A stretch of 64,000 nucleotides of DNA, from the IMG/VR virus record IMGVR_UViG_3300010213_000001, positions 116,701 through 180,700 of that record. One strand, 5' to 3'. Position numbers and translations under genes: made by a program. Shown here one piece after another: positions 36,679-46,026 of this stretch (its first letter is position 1; each line of letters opens with the position of its first letter). Below the pieces are notes generated by a model that saw only the letters and a program-made list of their open reading frames with translations, made no database searches and was not told the origin of the DNA. Origin of the DNA: a virus (Duplodnaviria > Heunggongvirae > Uroviricota > Caudoviricetes).

Positions 36679-37073
36679 TTCTTTATAAGTTTGAATGCTT
36701 CAAATAAGCCCTTTTCTAGAGCTTCTTCATAGGTATTATGTGGACCTTTACTAGACCAATCTTCTTTTCTATGTCTAACTTCATCCATATAAATAGTTGT
36801 ATGTATAAGTGTGATATATTTATCAAATTCATTATATACTTCTACATGTATATTATGTACTTCTCTAAACCACTTTTGTAAAAGACTTAAAGTTGGAGCT
36901 GATATGCATTTACTATTTTCTATATTATAGTTATAATAACCTCCTTCTATAGTGTAATCTTCAAGACTTTCTGTTTCTATAATATAAGCATGTAATACTT
37001 CTTCAGTAAATCCTGCTTCTTTAGCTAGTTTGCTTAACTCAAATGATACTAATGTTTCTGCCATATTTACCAA
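36675..37073 (-). CDS. conserved hypothetical phage protein
   Basis: VSFELSKLAKEAGF, SAPTLSLLQKWFRE, TYEEALEKGL. Confidence 0.75.
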   Translation of the reverse strand: MVNMAETLVSFELSKLAKEAGFTEEVLHAYIIETESLEDYTIEGGYYNYNIENSKCISAPTLSLLQKWFREVHNIHVEVYNEFDKYITLIHTTIYMDEVRHRKEDWSSKGPHNTYEEALEKGLFEAFKLIKK

Positions 37074-37507
37074 TATTTATTTTCATTTTGATATTCTTCG
37101 CTACAATTCATATACTGACCTAAAGCTTTATGACTTATATACTTCTTTTTAATATTAAAGTATTTTATTTTATCAGCAATAAAAGATTGATTCTTTAAAT
37201 CTTTACAAAGTAATTGTAGGAATCTTGTTTCTTCTTTTACAGTAGGTCCAATATCTATATAGATGTGTAATGTAACACCACATATATTTATACTCTTATC
37301 TATTCTTAATACCTTACTATTGTAGGCTTCCATAAAAACTGGTCCTCTAGGAAATTTAGTATAACAATCATTAAGTTTATCTTTATACTCACTCTTTAAT
37401 CTAAGTTTAATTAAGCTAGATTTATAACGACGTGTAAAAAATATAGTCTTTTTATACTTAGTTTTGCTAATAAGCTTATTAGCAAAATTTAATAGTGATT
37501 CTTCCAT
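37067..37507 (-). CDS. hypothetical basic protein
   Basis: 146 aa ORF. Confidence 0.65.
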   Translation of the reverse strand: MEESLLNFANKLISKTKYKKTIFFTRRYKSSLIKLRLKSEYKDKLNDCYTKFPRGPVFMEAYNSKVLRIDKSINICGVTLHIYIDIGPTVKEETRFLQLLCKDLKNQSFIADKIKYFNIKKKYISHKALGQYMNCSEEYQNENKYW

Positions 37508-37518
37508 AATTATAATTT

Positions 37519-38997
37519 TTAATATGCTCTAGCAAACAAAACACGTTCTTTAGAAGGCTTGCCTGTTAGAATACAAACTCCGTCTTCTTGAGGATTATTC
37601 AAAGGAATACACCGAATAGTTGCTTTTGTTTTTTCTTTGATTTGTTCTTCTGTTTCGGCTGTGCCGTCCCAGTGTGCAGCAATAAATCCACCTGCATCAA
37701 GAGCTTTTTCGAATTCTTCCCACGTATTTACGTATGTGGTATTAGAAGTTCGGAACATCAACGCTTTTTCATAAATATTTTGTTGAATATCTTTTAAAAG
37801 CTCTTCTATTTTTTCGCCTGCACCTTCTAGCTGCCACGACATTTTTTCTTTTGTATCTCTACGAGCTACTTCTACCGTTCCGTTTTCGACATCACGCATT
37901 CCGATAGCTAAACGAACAGGGACACCTTTCAATTCCCATTCTGCAAACTTAAATCCTGGACGGAAAGCATCTCTATCGTCTAGCTTTAAAGAAATATTGG
38001 CTGCTTTTAGTTCGTGCATAAGAGGAATTAAAGCTCGTTTGATTTCCTTCAAATCATCTTCACTTTTATAAATAGGAACAATAACTACTTGAATAGGAGC
38101 CAATTTTGGAGGTAAAACCAAACCTTCATCGTCGGAGTGAGCCATAATAAGCGCACCCATAAGACGAGTCGAAACGCCCCAAGAAGTTCCCCAAACATAA
38201 TCTAATTTATTGTCTTTGGCTGCAAATTTCACATCAAAGGCTTTAGCAAAATTTTGTCCCAAGAAATGAGAAGTTCCTGCTTGAAGTGCTTTTCCGTCTT
38301 GCATGAGTGCTTCAATACAATAAGTTTCTTCTGCGCCTGCAAAGCGTTCGGATTCGGTTTTTAAACCTTGAATTACAGGAAGAGCCATATAATCTTCTGC
38401 AAAATCGGCATAGACTTTTACCATTTGTTCGGTTTCTTCAATAGCTTCTTGTTTAGTAGCGTGTGCAGTATGTCCTTCTTGCCACAAAAACTCAGCAGTA
38501 CGCAAAAACAAACGAGTACGCATTTCCCAACGCACCACATTTGCCCATTGATTGACTAAAATAGGCAAATCTCTATACGATTGAATCCAATTTTTATAGG
38601 TATTCCAAATAACAGCCTCACTTGTTGGGCGCACAACCAATTCTTCTTCTAGTTTTGCCTCTGGGTCTACCATTAACTTCCCTTCTTTGTTAGGGTCATT
38701 TTTCAGACGGTAATGTGTAACGACTGCACACTCTTTTGCAAAACCTTCTGCATTTTTTTCTTCGGCTTCAAACAAACTTTTCGGAACAAAAAGAGGAAAG
38801 TATGCATTGCTGTGTCCTGTTTCTTTAAATTTATCGTCTAAAATGCGTTGCATTTTTTCCCAAATAGCAAAACCGTAGGGTTTGATAACCATACAGCCAC
38901 GAACGGCTGAATGTTCTGCTAAATCTGCTTGTTTTACGAGTTCGTTGTACCACGCTGAATAATCGTCTTTGCGTGTAGGTAGTCCTTTTTTCACCAT
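37519..38997 (-). CDS. proS: prolyl-tRNA synthetase (archaeal/eukaryote-type form found in Bacteroidota)
   Basis: [72 protein letters not shown]-terminal FARAY. Confidence 0.97.
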   Translation of the reverse strand: MVKKGLPTRKDDYSAWYNELVKQADLAEHSAVRGCMVIKPYGFAIWEKMQRILDDKFKETGHSNAYFPLFVPKSLFEAEEKNAEGFAKECAVVTHYRLKNDPNKEGKLMVDPEAKLEEELVVRPTSEAVIWNTYKNWIQSYRDLPILVNQWANVVRWEMRTRLFLRTAEFLWQEGHTAHATKQEAIEETEQMVKVYADFAEDYMALPVIQGLKTESERFAGAEETYCIEALMQDGKALQAGTSHFLGQNFAKAFDVKFAAKDNKLDYVWGTSWGVSTRLMGALIMAHSDDEGLVLPPKLAPIQVVIVPIYKSEDDLKEIKRALIPLMHELKAANISLKLDDRDAFRPGFKFAEWELKGVPVRLAIGMRDVENGTVEVARRDTKEKMSWQLEGAGEKIEELLKDIQQNIYEKALMFRTSNTTYVNTWEEFEKALDAGGFIAAHWDGTAETEEQIKEKTKATIRCIPLNNPQEDGVCILTGKPSKERVLFARAY

Positions 38998-39116
38998 GAT
39001 TCTCCTTTACTTTTAATGTATTCTTCAAATTGCTTCCTAGTTATTGCTTTTATAGCTCCAGATAATTCCTTTTGAATATCAAACCAATCAAAATAGTTTA
39101 TAGTTTTACTTTTCAT
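38991..39116 (-). CDS. small ORF whose stop overlaps the proS start
   Basis: Not in the track. [20 protein letters not shown]...KGESW* (41 aa), with an ATGGTGA overlap. Confidence 0.5.
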   Translation of the reverse strand: MKSKTINYFDWFDIQKELSGAIKAITRKQFEEYIKSKGESW

Positions 39117-39319
39117 AATTCAGTATAAATAGTTTTCCAAGTGTAGTTATCTACTTGATTATAGAACTCTTTTAACTCCGTAAGAGTCTTCCCAATGCAC
39201 CAATGCGGTCTCCCTTGTGGAGAATTACTACAATCTACAATAATGTTATCTTTAACTATTATTTCGTACTCCCATATTTTAGTACTTCTAAAAAATCCTT
39301 CTATCTTATACTGTATCAT
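39113..39319 (-). CDS. hypothetical protein
   Basis: 68 aa ORF. Confidence 0.65.
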   Translation of the reverse strand: MIQYKIEGFFRSTKIWEYEIIVKDNIIVDCSNSPQGRPHWCIGKTLTELKEFYNQVDNYTWKTIYTEL

Positions 39320-39725
39320 TCGGTATTTCTAAATCTTGATCAGTGTTTATGTCAAGTACATCTATTTGTTCTGATATATAATCTAGAATTTTGTTAAACT
39401 CAGTATTAAAATATGATAAATATACTTCTAAACTTTGTTCTATATCTTCATATTCTCCATCTAATTCTCTTTCTTCAAATCTAAAACATATAGTTTTATC
39501 TTCCAGTCTATTATCAATTTCTGATAATTTTATAGATATATTAATATCACTGTCTGGATTTTGGGTCATAGTTTCATACCCATCTATGTATACTAGAAAA
39601 TCACATTCTTCAATTTTAATAAGGCTTTTAATTTGTGAGATAATGTACTGCTCAAGTATATCTTCTATAATATATATTGGAAATTGTTTCTCATTATCTA
39701 TTTGCTCTTTATTAATCATTAACAT
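39306..39725 (-). CDS. hypothetical acidic protein
   Basis: 139 aa ORF. Confidence 0.7.
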   Translation of the reverse strand: MLMINKEQIDNEKQFPIYIIEDILEQYIISQIKSLIKIEECDFLVYIDGYETMTQNPDSDINISIKLSEIDNRLEDKTICFRFEERELDGEYEDIEQSLEVYLSYFNTEFNKILDYISEQIDVLDINTDQDLEIPNDTV

Positions 39726-39757
39726 TATACTTGTAGTTTTACTAGTTATTCCAAATA

Positions 39758-40138
39758 CTATATATTTTGTAAACGTTTTTCAATGTCTGCATCTATTAAT
39801 TTATCTAACTTTACTCTGGCTTCTTCAATTGAAGTAAATGTTCCATCTATTCTAGATTTCCACTCTGTATCTGCAGTTATATCCTTACCATAAACATATA
39901 TACCATCTTTTTCTTGAACTACTTTATTGACTTTACAAGCTATTATAGTTTTATTATATATTCCAAATACTGTGGCTCCCATTTCAATATAGTAATTAAT
40001 AGATACGGTTGCACTATTCTGACTTAATTCCTCTTTCAGCTTATTTATAGTACTTTTCAACTGATTTTTAGATGTATATAACCAAATGTTAATACTTAAT
40101 ATAATTGCTAAGGCTATACCTAGACATATTACTACCAT
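39758..40138 (-). CDS. membrane-anchored hypothetical protein
   Basis: N-terminal TM plus coiled coil. Confidence 0.7.
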   Translation of the reverse strand: MVVICLGIALAIILSINIWLYTSKNQLKSTINKLKEELSQNSATVSINYYIEMGATVFGIYNKTIIACKVNKVVQEKDGIYVYGKDITADTEWKSRIDGTFTSIEEARVKLDKLIDADIEKRLQNI

Positions 40139-40184
40139 AATTAAATTAATTAAAACTTGAGGTTTATTACTTATTGTTTAGTAG

Positions 40185-41165
40185 CTATACTGCTATATCT
40201 AATTTAATATTTGCATGACATTTATAATCTAGTAAAGTAAACTTATCTACGATCTTATCAATAGCTTTATCGAGGGAGTCTCCAGTTAAAGATAAATCAT
40301 ACTCTAAATATTCAAATGTTAATTCAGGATCAATAATTAATTCTCGTTTACAATCAATAGGAGTTCTATTTAATACTTCTCTAGCTCCTTCAATATGATT
40401 ATTATAAATATGAACATCTCCCATACTGTAAGTCATAATATTAGGGCTATAACCCGTCAACTTAGCGACTATATGCAGTAGAATAGCATATGAGGTAAAA
40501 TTAACAAAGCCACCAAGCATTAGATCCATACTTCTTTGATGAGTGTACAGATTTAACTTATTATGTTTATCAACATAAAATTGTATGACTGTGCCATGAC
40601 AATTTGCTAGAGCCATACGATCTAAATCTGGATTCCATAATGTAATCACATGTCTACGGGAATGCGGATTGTGGATTAGCCCATCTACTAAATTTTTGAA
40701 TTGATCAGCTTCACTAATATAAGTATCTTCTCCAGAAGTAGAGTCGAAACAAGTTATTCTATAATGTCTTAACATATACCCATACATATCTCCAATATTA
40801 CCATCGTCTTTCTGCCATGGAGTCCACCAGTGTTTTACTCTGCTATGTAATTTGTTAACATCGCTAGATCCATTTAAGAACCATAAAAGCTCTCTGATAG
40901 TATTTATATATGGTGTACTCTTTAATGTGGTAATAGGAATAGATTTGGATACGTCAATAGCTACTGAATATCCAAACAAAGATTTGGTACCTATACCTGT
41001 TCTATCTACACTATCTTTTCCATTACTTAGAATGTCTGCTATGAGATCTTTACACCAGTAATCAAATTCATATGGTGTTAGTACTGACTTAAGTTTAGTT
41101 TGCTCAGATTTATTTAGATATTTACTATAATTCCAGATATGCTTTAGTTTATCTATGATGTTCAT
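40185..41165 (-). CDS. thyA: thymidylate synthase ThyA
   Basis: DRTGIGT, ELLWFLNG, GDMYG, SRRHVITLWNP, MALANCH, QRS.D...N..SY, DVHIYNNH. Confidence 0.92.
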   Translation of the reverse strand: MNIIDKLKHIWNYSKYLNKSEQTKLKSVLTPYEFDYWCKDLIADILSNGKDSVDRTGIGTKSLFGYSVAIDVSKSIPITTLKSTPYINTIRELLWFLNGSSDVNKLHSRVKHWWTPWQKDDGNIGDMYGYMLRHYRITCFDSTSGEDTYISEADQFKNLVDGLIHNPHSRRHVITLWNPDLDRMALANCHGTVIQFYVDKHNKLNLYTHQRSMDLMLGGFVNFTSYAILLHIVAKLTGYSPNIMTYSMGDVHIYNNHIEGAREVLNRTPIDCKRELIIDPELTFEYLEYDLSLTGDSLDKAIDKIVDKFTLLDYKCHANIKLDIAV

Positions 41166-41179
41166 TTATATTATTAAGT

Positions 41180-41437
41180 TTATTGTTCAAGCTCTTGATC
41201 TACTTCAATATAAGCTATTATATCTTTAGGCTCACATATACTATATACTTTTTCATCTATTTGTACTCTTGCATATAAATATATTACAAGTACAGTGTCT
41301 CCAGCTTCTATAAGTTTATATAGTCCATTGTAACTCATATGCTCTGAGACTTTAACTACTTTGTATATATCTTGTCCAACTTTATCTAAAAGTATTTTGT
41401 TGTTAATTAATAGTACATTATCGATGCTCTTAATCAT
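41180..41437 (-). CDS. GroES/Cpn10-like protein lacking the mobile loop
   Basis: NKILL...VVKV...AGDTVL...V.IDEKVYSI.EPKDIIAYI. Confidence 0.6.
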   Translation of the reverse strand: MIKSIDNVLLINNKILLDKVGQDIYKVVKVSEHMSYNGLYKLIEAGDTVLVIYLYARVQIDEKVYSICEPKDIIAYIEVDQELEQ

Positions 41438-41458
41438 TTTAGTTAATTTATGGTATTA

Positions 41459-41493
41459 AATAGCCACTTACTAATTAAAGTAAAGTGGCTATT
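41459..41493 (-). terminator. intrinsic terminator
   Basis: Stem AATAGCCACTT/AAGTGGCTATT downstream of 41496-41729. Confidence 0.7.
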
Positions 41494-41495
41494 GT

Positions 41496-41729
41496 TTATT
41501 TTATATTTAATATTATTTCTTCAAGGAGTTCAGCATAGGTATCACACAATATTACATCTTTAATATTAGCCAATTCAATAATAAATATTGAGTCTAGACA
41601 TATACTAATTTTTGTAGTATTGTATGTTATTAGAATATGATATATCCCACCTATTACATCAAGTTTGAATATAACACTATACTCTGCAAGATCTCTCCTT
41701 AACCAAGTTAGAGTATTAAGGATGGTCAT
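41496..41729 (-). CDS. hypothetical protein
   Basis: 77 aa ORF. Confidence 0.6.
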   Translation of the reverse strand: MTILNTLTWLRRDLAEYSVIFKLDVIGGIYHILITYNTTKISICLDSIFIIELANIKDVILCDTYAELLEEIILNIK

Positions 41730-41845
41730 ATTCTAGATGTTTTTCACTTTCTTTCCAGTATTCTTCAAGCTCTTTAAGTTCTAAATCTGGAATTTTACCA
41801 ACTAATAAGTAATTATTGAAATAATATTCTAGTACTGTTATATAG

Positions 41846-43306
41846 TTATTTTGGGTCATTGTCTATGAGTGTTCTATATTTTAAGTAAATATTAATTATT
41901 GTAGATTTAAGCTCTGTTTGAAATCTAGCTGTAGTATATTCTTCTTTAATTGCGATATCTATAATCTTTTGTCTTGCTTGACTAAGATCCTCTTTTAGTA
42001 AGAGTATAGTATCTTCGTCTAAAGCATTAACTTTTAATCTGTTTATATATTTTATCTTGATAGCTTTAGATTGCTCTTCTCTAAGCTCTTCAAAGAATGC
42101 TATAATAATATTGGACAGTTTATCAAACATGCGCTCTAAAACATCAACATCTGGCAATCCAAAGTATATAACATTATCAAGTCTGCCAGCTCTTCTTAAA
42201 GCTGGATCAATCTTCTCAATATGATTTGTTGTTACAAATACAAAGCCAGTCTTAGGTGAATCTACTCCTGATAAACAGTTTAGTACTGTAGCAAAGTCAA
42301 GGTCTGTCCTATTATCAGACTTATCAACACGCTCTCTCATATCAAATACGCTATCTATATCTTCTATTAAAGTGAATACATTTCTATGCTTTATTCTCTT
42401 AAAATAATCTATAAGATCCTTACTTGATATATTGTTTAATTGAATAACATTTATCTCCGTTCCTCCTGCAATCTCTCCTAAGAACTTAACAAAGCTGCTC
42501 TTTCCCGTACCTGGAGGTCCATGTAATAGATACCCCTTACAGTAACTTTCTTGCATTAATGTACCAATAATATGCTTTATGTCTTCATTACTCCAATCTA
42601 TGAACTCTTTAACTGTTGGATTTAAGGCACTAGGTACAACATAATTTGGTACATATTTATTCTTGTCATCAGCTTCTACATCAAACACAAAATCGCTTTG
42701 ATTCCTTATAGAATAACTTAGATCTTGTGTTGACATCGCTAATGCCGCTGTATTGCCTCCACCTCCACCACCACCAGAGTCTCTATATACTGTTCTATTT
42801 TCCTGTTGACTTTCTCCTGAGCTACTAGCCTTTACAGTCTGTATATACTGTACTGTGTTTACTCCAGGTTCAACTTTAGTATAATTCCTATTTGCTGCAA
42901 ACAAATTAGATGCGTCTCTGATATTACTAAGGAAGTTTTTTAATTTAAATGCTCCTCTAATATAGGTTATCTTTAAATCTCCACTACTTAATAGTGTACA
43001 CCAGACAAGTCCCTCACCCTTTCTATATAAGAGCATGTTATTAAATTGATGTATTTCAATAAAGTTCAACAAACTAGATTCTGGTGGCTTTCTAGATTGA
43101 TACCTTTTAGATAGTAACATAGTACTGAATCTATAATTATTTTTTAAATAATAATATAGTTCATCTACTGACATAAATATCACTACTTCATGACTTACAA
43201 TAAGTAGTGATATTATTCTATTAATGTGGAGTTTTATGGTACTCCAGCTACTAGCAATAAATGTTGCTACAGCTCCCAAACCAGCAAATCCTAGAAGGTT
43301 GTTCAT
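41846..43306 (-). CDS. BCS1-like membrane-anchored AAA+ ATPase
   Basis: N-terminal TM, GYLLHGPPGTGKSS, LIEDIDS, LNCLSGV, TTNHIEKIDPALRRAGRLD. Confidence 0.88.
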   Translation of the reverse strand: MNNLLGFAGLGAVATFIASSWSTIKLHINRIISLLIVSHEVVIFMSVDELYYYLKNNYRFSTMLLSKRYQSRKPPESSLLNFIEIHQFNNMLLYRKGEGLVWCTLLSSGDLKITYIRGAFKLKNFLSNIRDASNLFAANRNYTKVEPGVNTVQYIQTVKASSSGESQQENRTVYRDSGGGGGGGNTAALAMSTQDLSYSIRNQSDFVFDVEADDKNKYVPNYVVPSALNPTVKEFIDWSNEDIKHIIGTLMQESYCKGYLLHGPPGTGKSSFVKFLGEIAGGTEINVIQLNNISSKDLIDYFKRIKHRNVFTLIEDIDSVFDMRERVDKSDNRTDLDFATVLNCLSGVDSPKTGFVFVTTNHIEKIDPALRRAGRLDNVIYFGLPDVDVLERMFDKLSNIIIAFFEELREEQSKAIKIKYINRLKVNALDEDTILLLKEDLSQARQKIIDIAIKEEYTTARFQTELKSTIINIYLKYRTLIDNDPK

Positions 43307-43316
43307 AATACTTTGG

Positions 43317-43832
43317 TTATGAGTTATTGATTATTTTTTTGTATTTTTTTGTTAACATTTCTAATTCTGCTTCATACCAATTATCTACTACTCCCTGTGA
43401 TTCCATTCTCACATCAGTAAGATCAGTAAATATTCTACTGTTTTTAAGAGATAGCTTCATAACAGGCACACTTTCACTCTCTAATACACTTAGTATCAGC
43501 TCTTTAGCATTTATGTCTTTCTCATCTTGAATAGCAGCTAGTTCTTGTCCTAATCTGGGAGATATCGGTAAGTATCGTACCTCTACGTCTATTGGGTTTA
43601 TATTTATAGAAATAGCTATACAATATTGTATATCACCACTTTTATCTAGCATATAGAATACCTCATACACTTGAGGAATCTCTTGTATATTATGCTTAAC
43701 AAGCTCTATCTTTTTAATTTCTTCTGGAGGACCCAGAGCTTTTCTATGATACCTAGAAGATATACTTTTTACAAAAGTCCTTATATTATAAGAAATACTT
43801 AGTGCTACAAGCACACAAAATATTATTTTCAT
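43317..43832 (-). CDS. hypothetical protein with N-terminal signal/TM
   Basis: 171 aa ORF. Confidence 0.7.
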   Translation of the reverse strand: MKIIFCVLVALSISYNIRTFVKSISSRYHRKALGPPEEIKKIELVKHNIQEIPQVYEVFYMLDKSGDIQYCIAISININPIDVEVRYLPISPRLGQELAAIQDEKDINAKELILSVLESESVPVMKLSLKNSRIFTDLTDVRMESQGVVDNWYEAELEMLTKKYKKIINNS

Positions 43833-43861
43833 ATTACATGAGTTTAAATTAAAACTTAAAT

Positions 43862-44401
43862 TTATACAGTTAGCTTTCTATTTATTATAGCTTCTTTTAG
43901 ATATATAATAGCTAAACTAACTTTACCTTCTCTAATTAATAATTTAGCAGAATTAACTAGATGTTCATCATCCATAATAGGATAATCAATACCTGTAGTA
44001 GCATTAGATATATAATATTTATTTCCATTCTTAGATGTATGTATAGCGTTTCTATTAAACTCAACATCTCTATCTATATGTTCACGGTATATCTTATATT
44101 TATCTAATGATTTATACGTAACTTGAGCCTCGTCTTTATTACCTTCTGCTAACATATAATCTATACTCAACATAGTAGCTACTATACTACTAAGTTTAGG
44201 TTGGAACTCACAGTTACCTTCTGAGTCTATATCGTAAGTAACACCATTTACTTTAATTTTATACTTAGCTGGGTTATTACTCATTTTAACTAGTAATAAT
44301 ACATCATAATATTCTAAAGGACCTGGTATTATTTCTGATTTATTAATTTCAGTATCTATAATAAGAACCAGCTCCTCAAAGTTATAATTCGGGATGTTCA
44401 T
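43862..44401 (-). CDS. hypothetical protein
   Basis: 179 aa ORF. Confidence 0.7.
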   Translation of the reverse strand: MNIPNYNFEELVLIIDTEINKSEIIPGPLEYYDVLLLVKMSNNPAKYKIKVNGVTYDIDSEGNCEFQPKLSSIVATMLSIDYMLAEGNKDEAQVTYKSLDKYKIYREHIDRDVEFNRNAIHTSKNGNKYYISNATTGIDYPIMDDEHLVNSAKLLIREGKVSLAIIYLKEAIINRKLTV

Positions 44402-44460
44402 GATTAATTAATAGTTTTATTATATTTATTTACAAAATAAACATAAATATAAATTTAAGT

Positions 44461-44919
44461 ATGGCGTTTGAAAATACTATAAAAGCTATTAAGACTTATA
44501 ATCAATCTACAGATGGAACTATAATTAAAGTAGATCATCTAAGATATGTTATACAGAACTTAATACAAGAATTAAATAATGAGGTGAGTTCGCTACCAGC
44601 TGGTGGTACAACAGGACAAGTATTAGCTAAAGCTACTGACGCAGATGGTGCTGTAGAATGGATAGACCCACAATTCTTACCTTTAGAAGGAGGTACAATG
44701 CAAGGTAATATAGAAATGGACGGGTATAATGTCCAAGATATTGTCTTGCTTACTGGAGATAGTGCAGATCTTAATTTATCTGTTGGTACATATTCTTCTA
44801 CTAATGGAGCAGGATTGACATACGTAGCAGATTATTCTGCTAACTATACAAACAGAAGTTTAGTTGATAAGGAGTATGTAGATCAGGCAATTGCAACTGC
44901 AATAGCAGCAATACCTTAA
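44461..44919 (+). CDS. tail-fibre-repeat-like (virion structural?) protein; only convincing + strand gene
   Basis: LPAGGTTGQVLAK...VEW, FLPLEGGTMQGNI and SLVDKEYVD repeats typical of fibre proteins; occupies its own gap. Confidence 0.75.
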   Translation: MAFENTIKAIKTYNQSTDGTIIKVDHLRYVIQNLIQELNNEVSSLPAGGTTGQVLAKATDADGAVEWIDPQFLPLEGGTMQGNIEMDGYNVQDIVLLTGDSADLNLSVGTYSSTNGAGLTYVADYSANYTNRSLVDKEYVDQAIATAIAAIP

Positions 44920-44955
44920 TTTTACTAATACGTATTACAGACATTAATAAAACAA

Positions 44956-44983
44956 TAAAAGAGATGAATATTCATCTCTTTTA
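44956..44983. terminator. perfect 28-bp palindrome, probable bidirectional terminator
   Basis: TAAAAGAGATGAAT|ATTCATCTCTTTTA between convergent genes. Confidence 0.75.
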
Positions 44984-45496
44984 GTATTTAACAATTATAT
45001 CATTGTTGCTAAAATCTACATTAATATGTTTCTTCCTAAGAAACATATTGGCATCTTCTATATTCAAGACTTGCGGTATAAATGAATCAAACTCTATAAC
45101 AAATAACTTGATACCATCAAACTTATCACTATATGATAAACTATACTCTATATTGTTTAAGCTAGATGATACTTCTACATAAGATAGATCCTCACTTATT
45201 TGCTTTCTACTAATATCTATAGTATTATCTTTATCGTGCAGATCTAATAATATAGAATTGTATTCTATCATTATCTCATTTATATTTTTAATAGAAGTTA
45301 TAGTATGTAGAATAGGTTTCCACTCTGCGTATGTTTTTCTGTTTGTAATAAACTCACTAATGTCCACACTACTAATTCCTTTCTCTTTACTTAAAGTTAA
45401 AGTTCTGTTCTTAAGTATGTCTTCATTTGTTAAAGGATTAGTTGTCTTAAGTCCAACTTCTATTGAAAAATCAATATAATTGTATATCTTATTCAT
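44981..45496 (-). CDS. hypothetical protein
   Basis: 171 aa ORF. Confidence 0.7.
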   Translation of the reverse strand: MNKIYNYIDFSIEVGLKTTNPLTNEDILKNRTLTLSKEKGISSVDISEFITNRKTYAEWKPILHTITSIKNINEIMIEYNSILLDLHDKDNTIDISRKQISEDLSYVEVSSSLNNIEYSLSYSDKFDGIKLFVIEFDSFIPQVLNIEDANMFLRKKHINVDFSNNDIIVKY

Positions 45497-46019
45497 ATTT
45501 TTGTGTTATCTGGTTTATTGTTTCTGTTAATTTACTATATAGTTCAAATAATTTATAGTCTGAACTGCTTAGAATTTGCTTCCATATAGAATATACCTCA
45601 TTTAACATATGACTCTTAGAATTTATCTCTATAGTCAAATTATTTAACGATAAGTTTAAAGTATTGTATATTACTTCTTCTTCATCATTTCTTTCTTCAG
45701 GTAGTTTAGATAGTTCAGATTGAATTTCTTTTAGTTTACTATTTAGGTTATATAGATCTGAAGAATGTCTATAGTTAAATCTATTAAATTCATATATAGC
45801 ATGTTTAATTTTATTAACTATCCTATTAAATAGTAGATACAAATTATGTAATTCTGGTTCACATACATTTTCATTATATAAAGTTCTATATGCACCTCTT
45901 ATATGTTCACGTATACCTTCCCCAGATGTAAGTGATGACGGTCTATTTTTATATAGTACATAGAAACAAACTTCTAAATCTTTTTTATATAAATCTAAAA
46001 AGAATTTACTGTCTTTCAT
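45489..46019 (-). CDS. hypothetical coiled-coil protein
   Basis: 176 aa ORF. Confidence 0.7.
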   Translation of the reverse strand: MKDSKFFLDLYKKDLEVCFYVLYKNRPSSLTSGEGIREHIRGAYRTLYNENVCEPELHNLYLLFNRIVNKIKHAIYEFNRFNYRHSSDLYNLNSKLKEIQSELSKLPEERNDEEEVIYNTLNLSLNNLTIEINSKSHMLNEVYSIWKQILSSSDYKLFELYSKLTETINQITQKYE

Positions 46020-46026
46020 TTAATTA

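Noticed and set aside
37519-38997. Host chromosome segment, i.e. a prophage boundary at proS
   Set aside because: Phage-like small AT-rich ORFs resume immediately on both sides with no other housekeeping genes or att/integrase. A chimeric assembly still needs a read-level check.
39001-39008. AAGGAG Shine-Dalgarno-like sequence before proS as evidence of a non-Bacteroidota donor
   Set aside because: It is simply the K-G-E codons of the overlapping 41 aa upstream ORF.
40185-41165. dCMP hydroxymethylase, implying modified-cytosine DNA
   Set aside because: The specificity residue is Asn (dUMP-type), and no glycosyltransferase or dNMP kinase partner is visible here.
42765-42780. CCA/CCT triplet run as a microsatellite or phase-variable tract
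   Set aside because: It is a short, imperfect, in-frame run encoding a Gly linker in the AAA protein.
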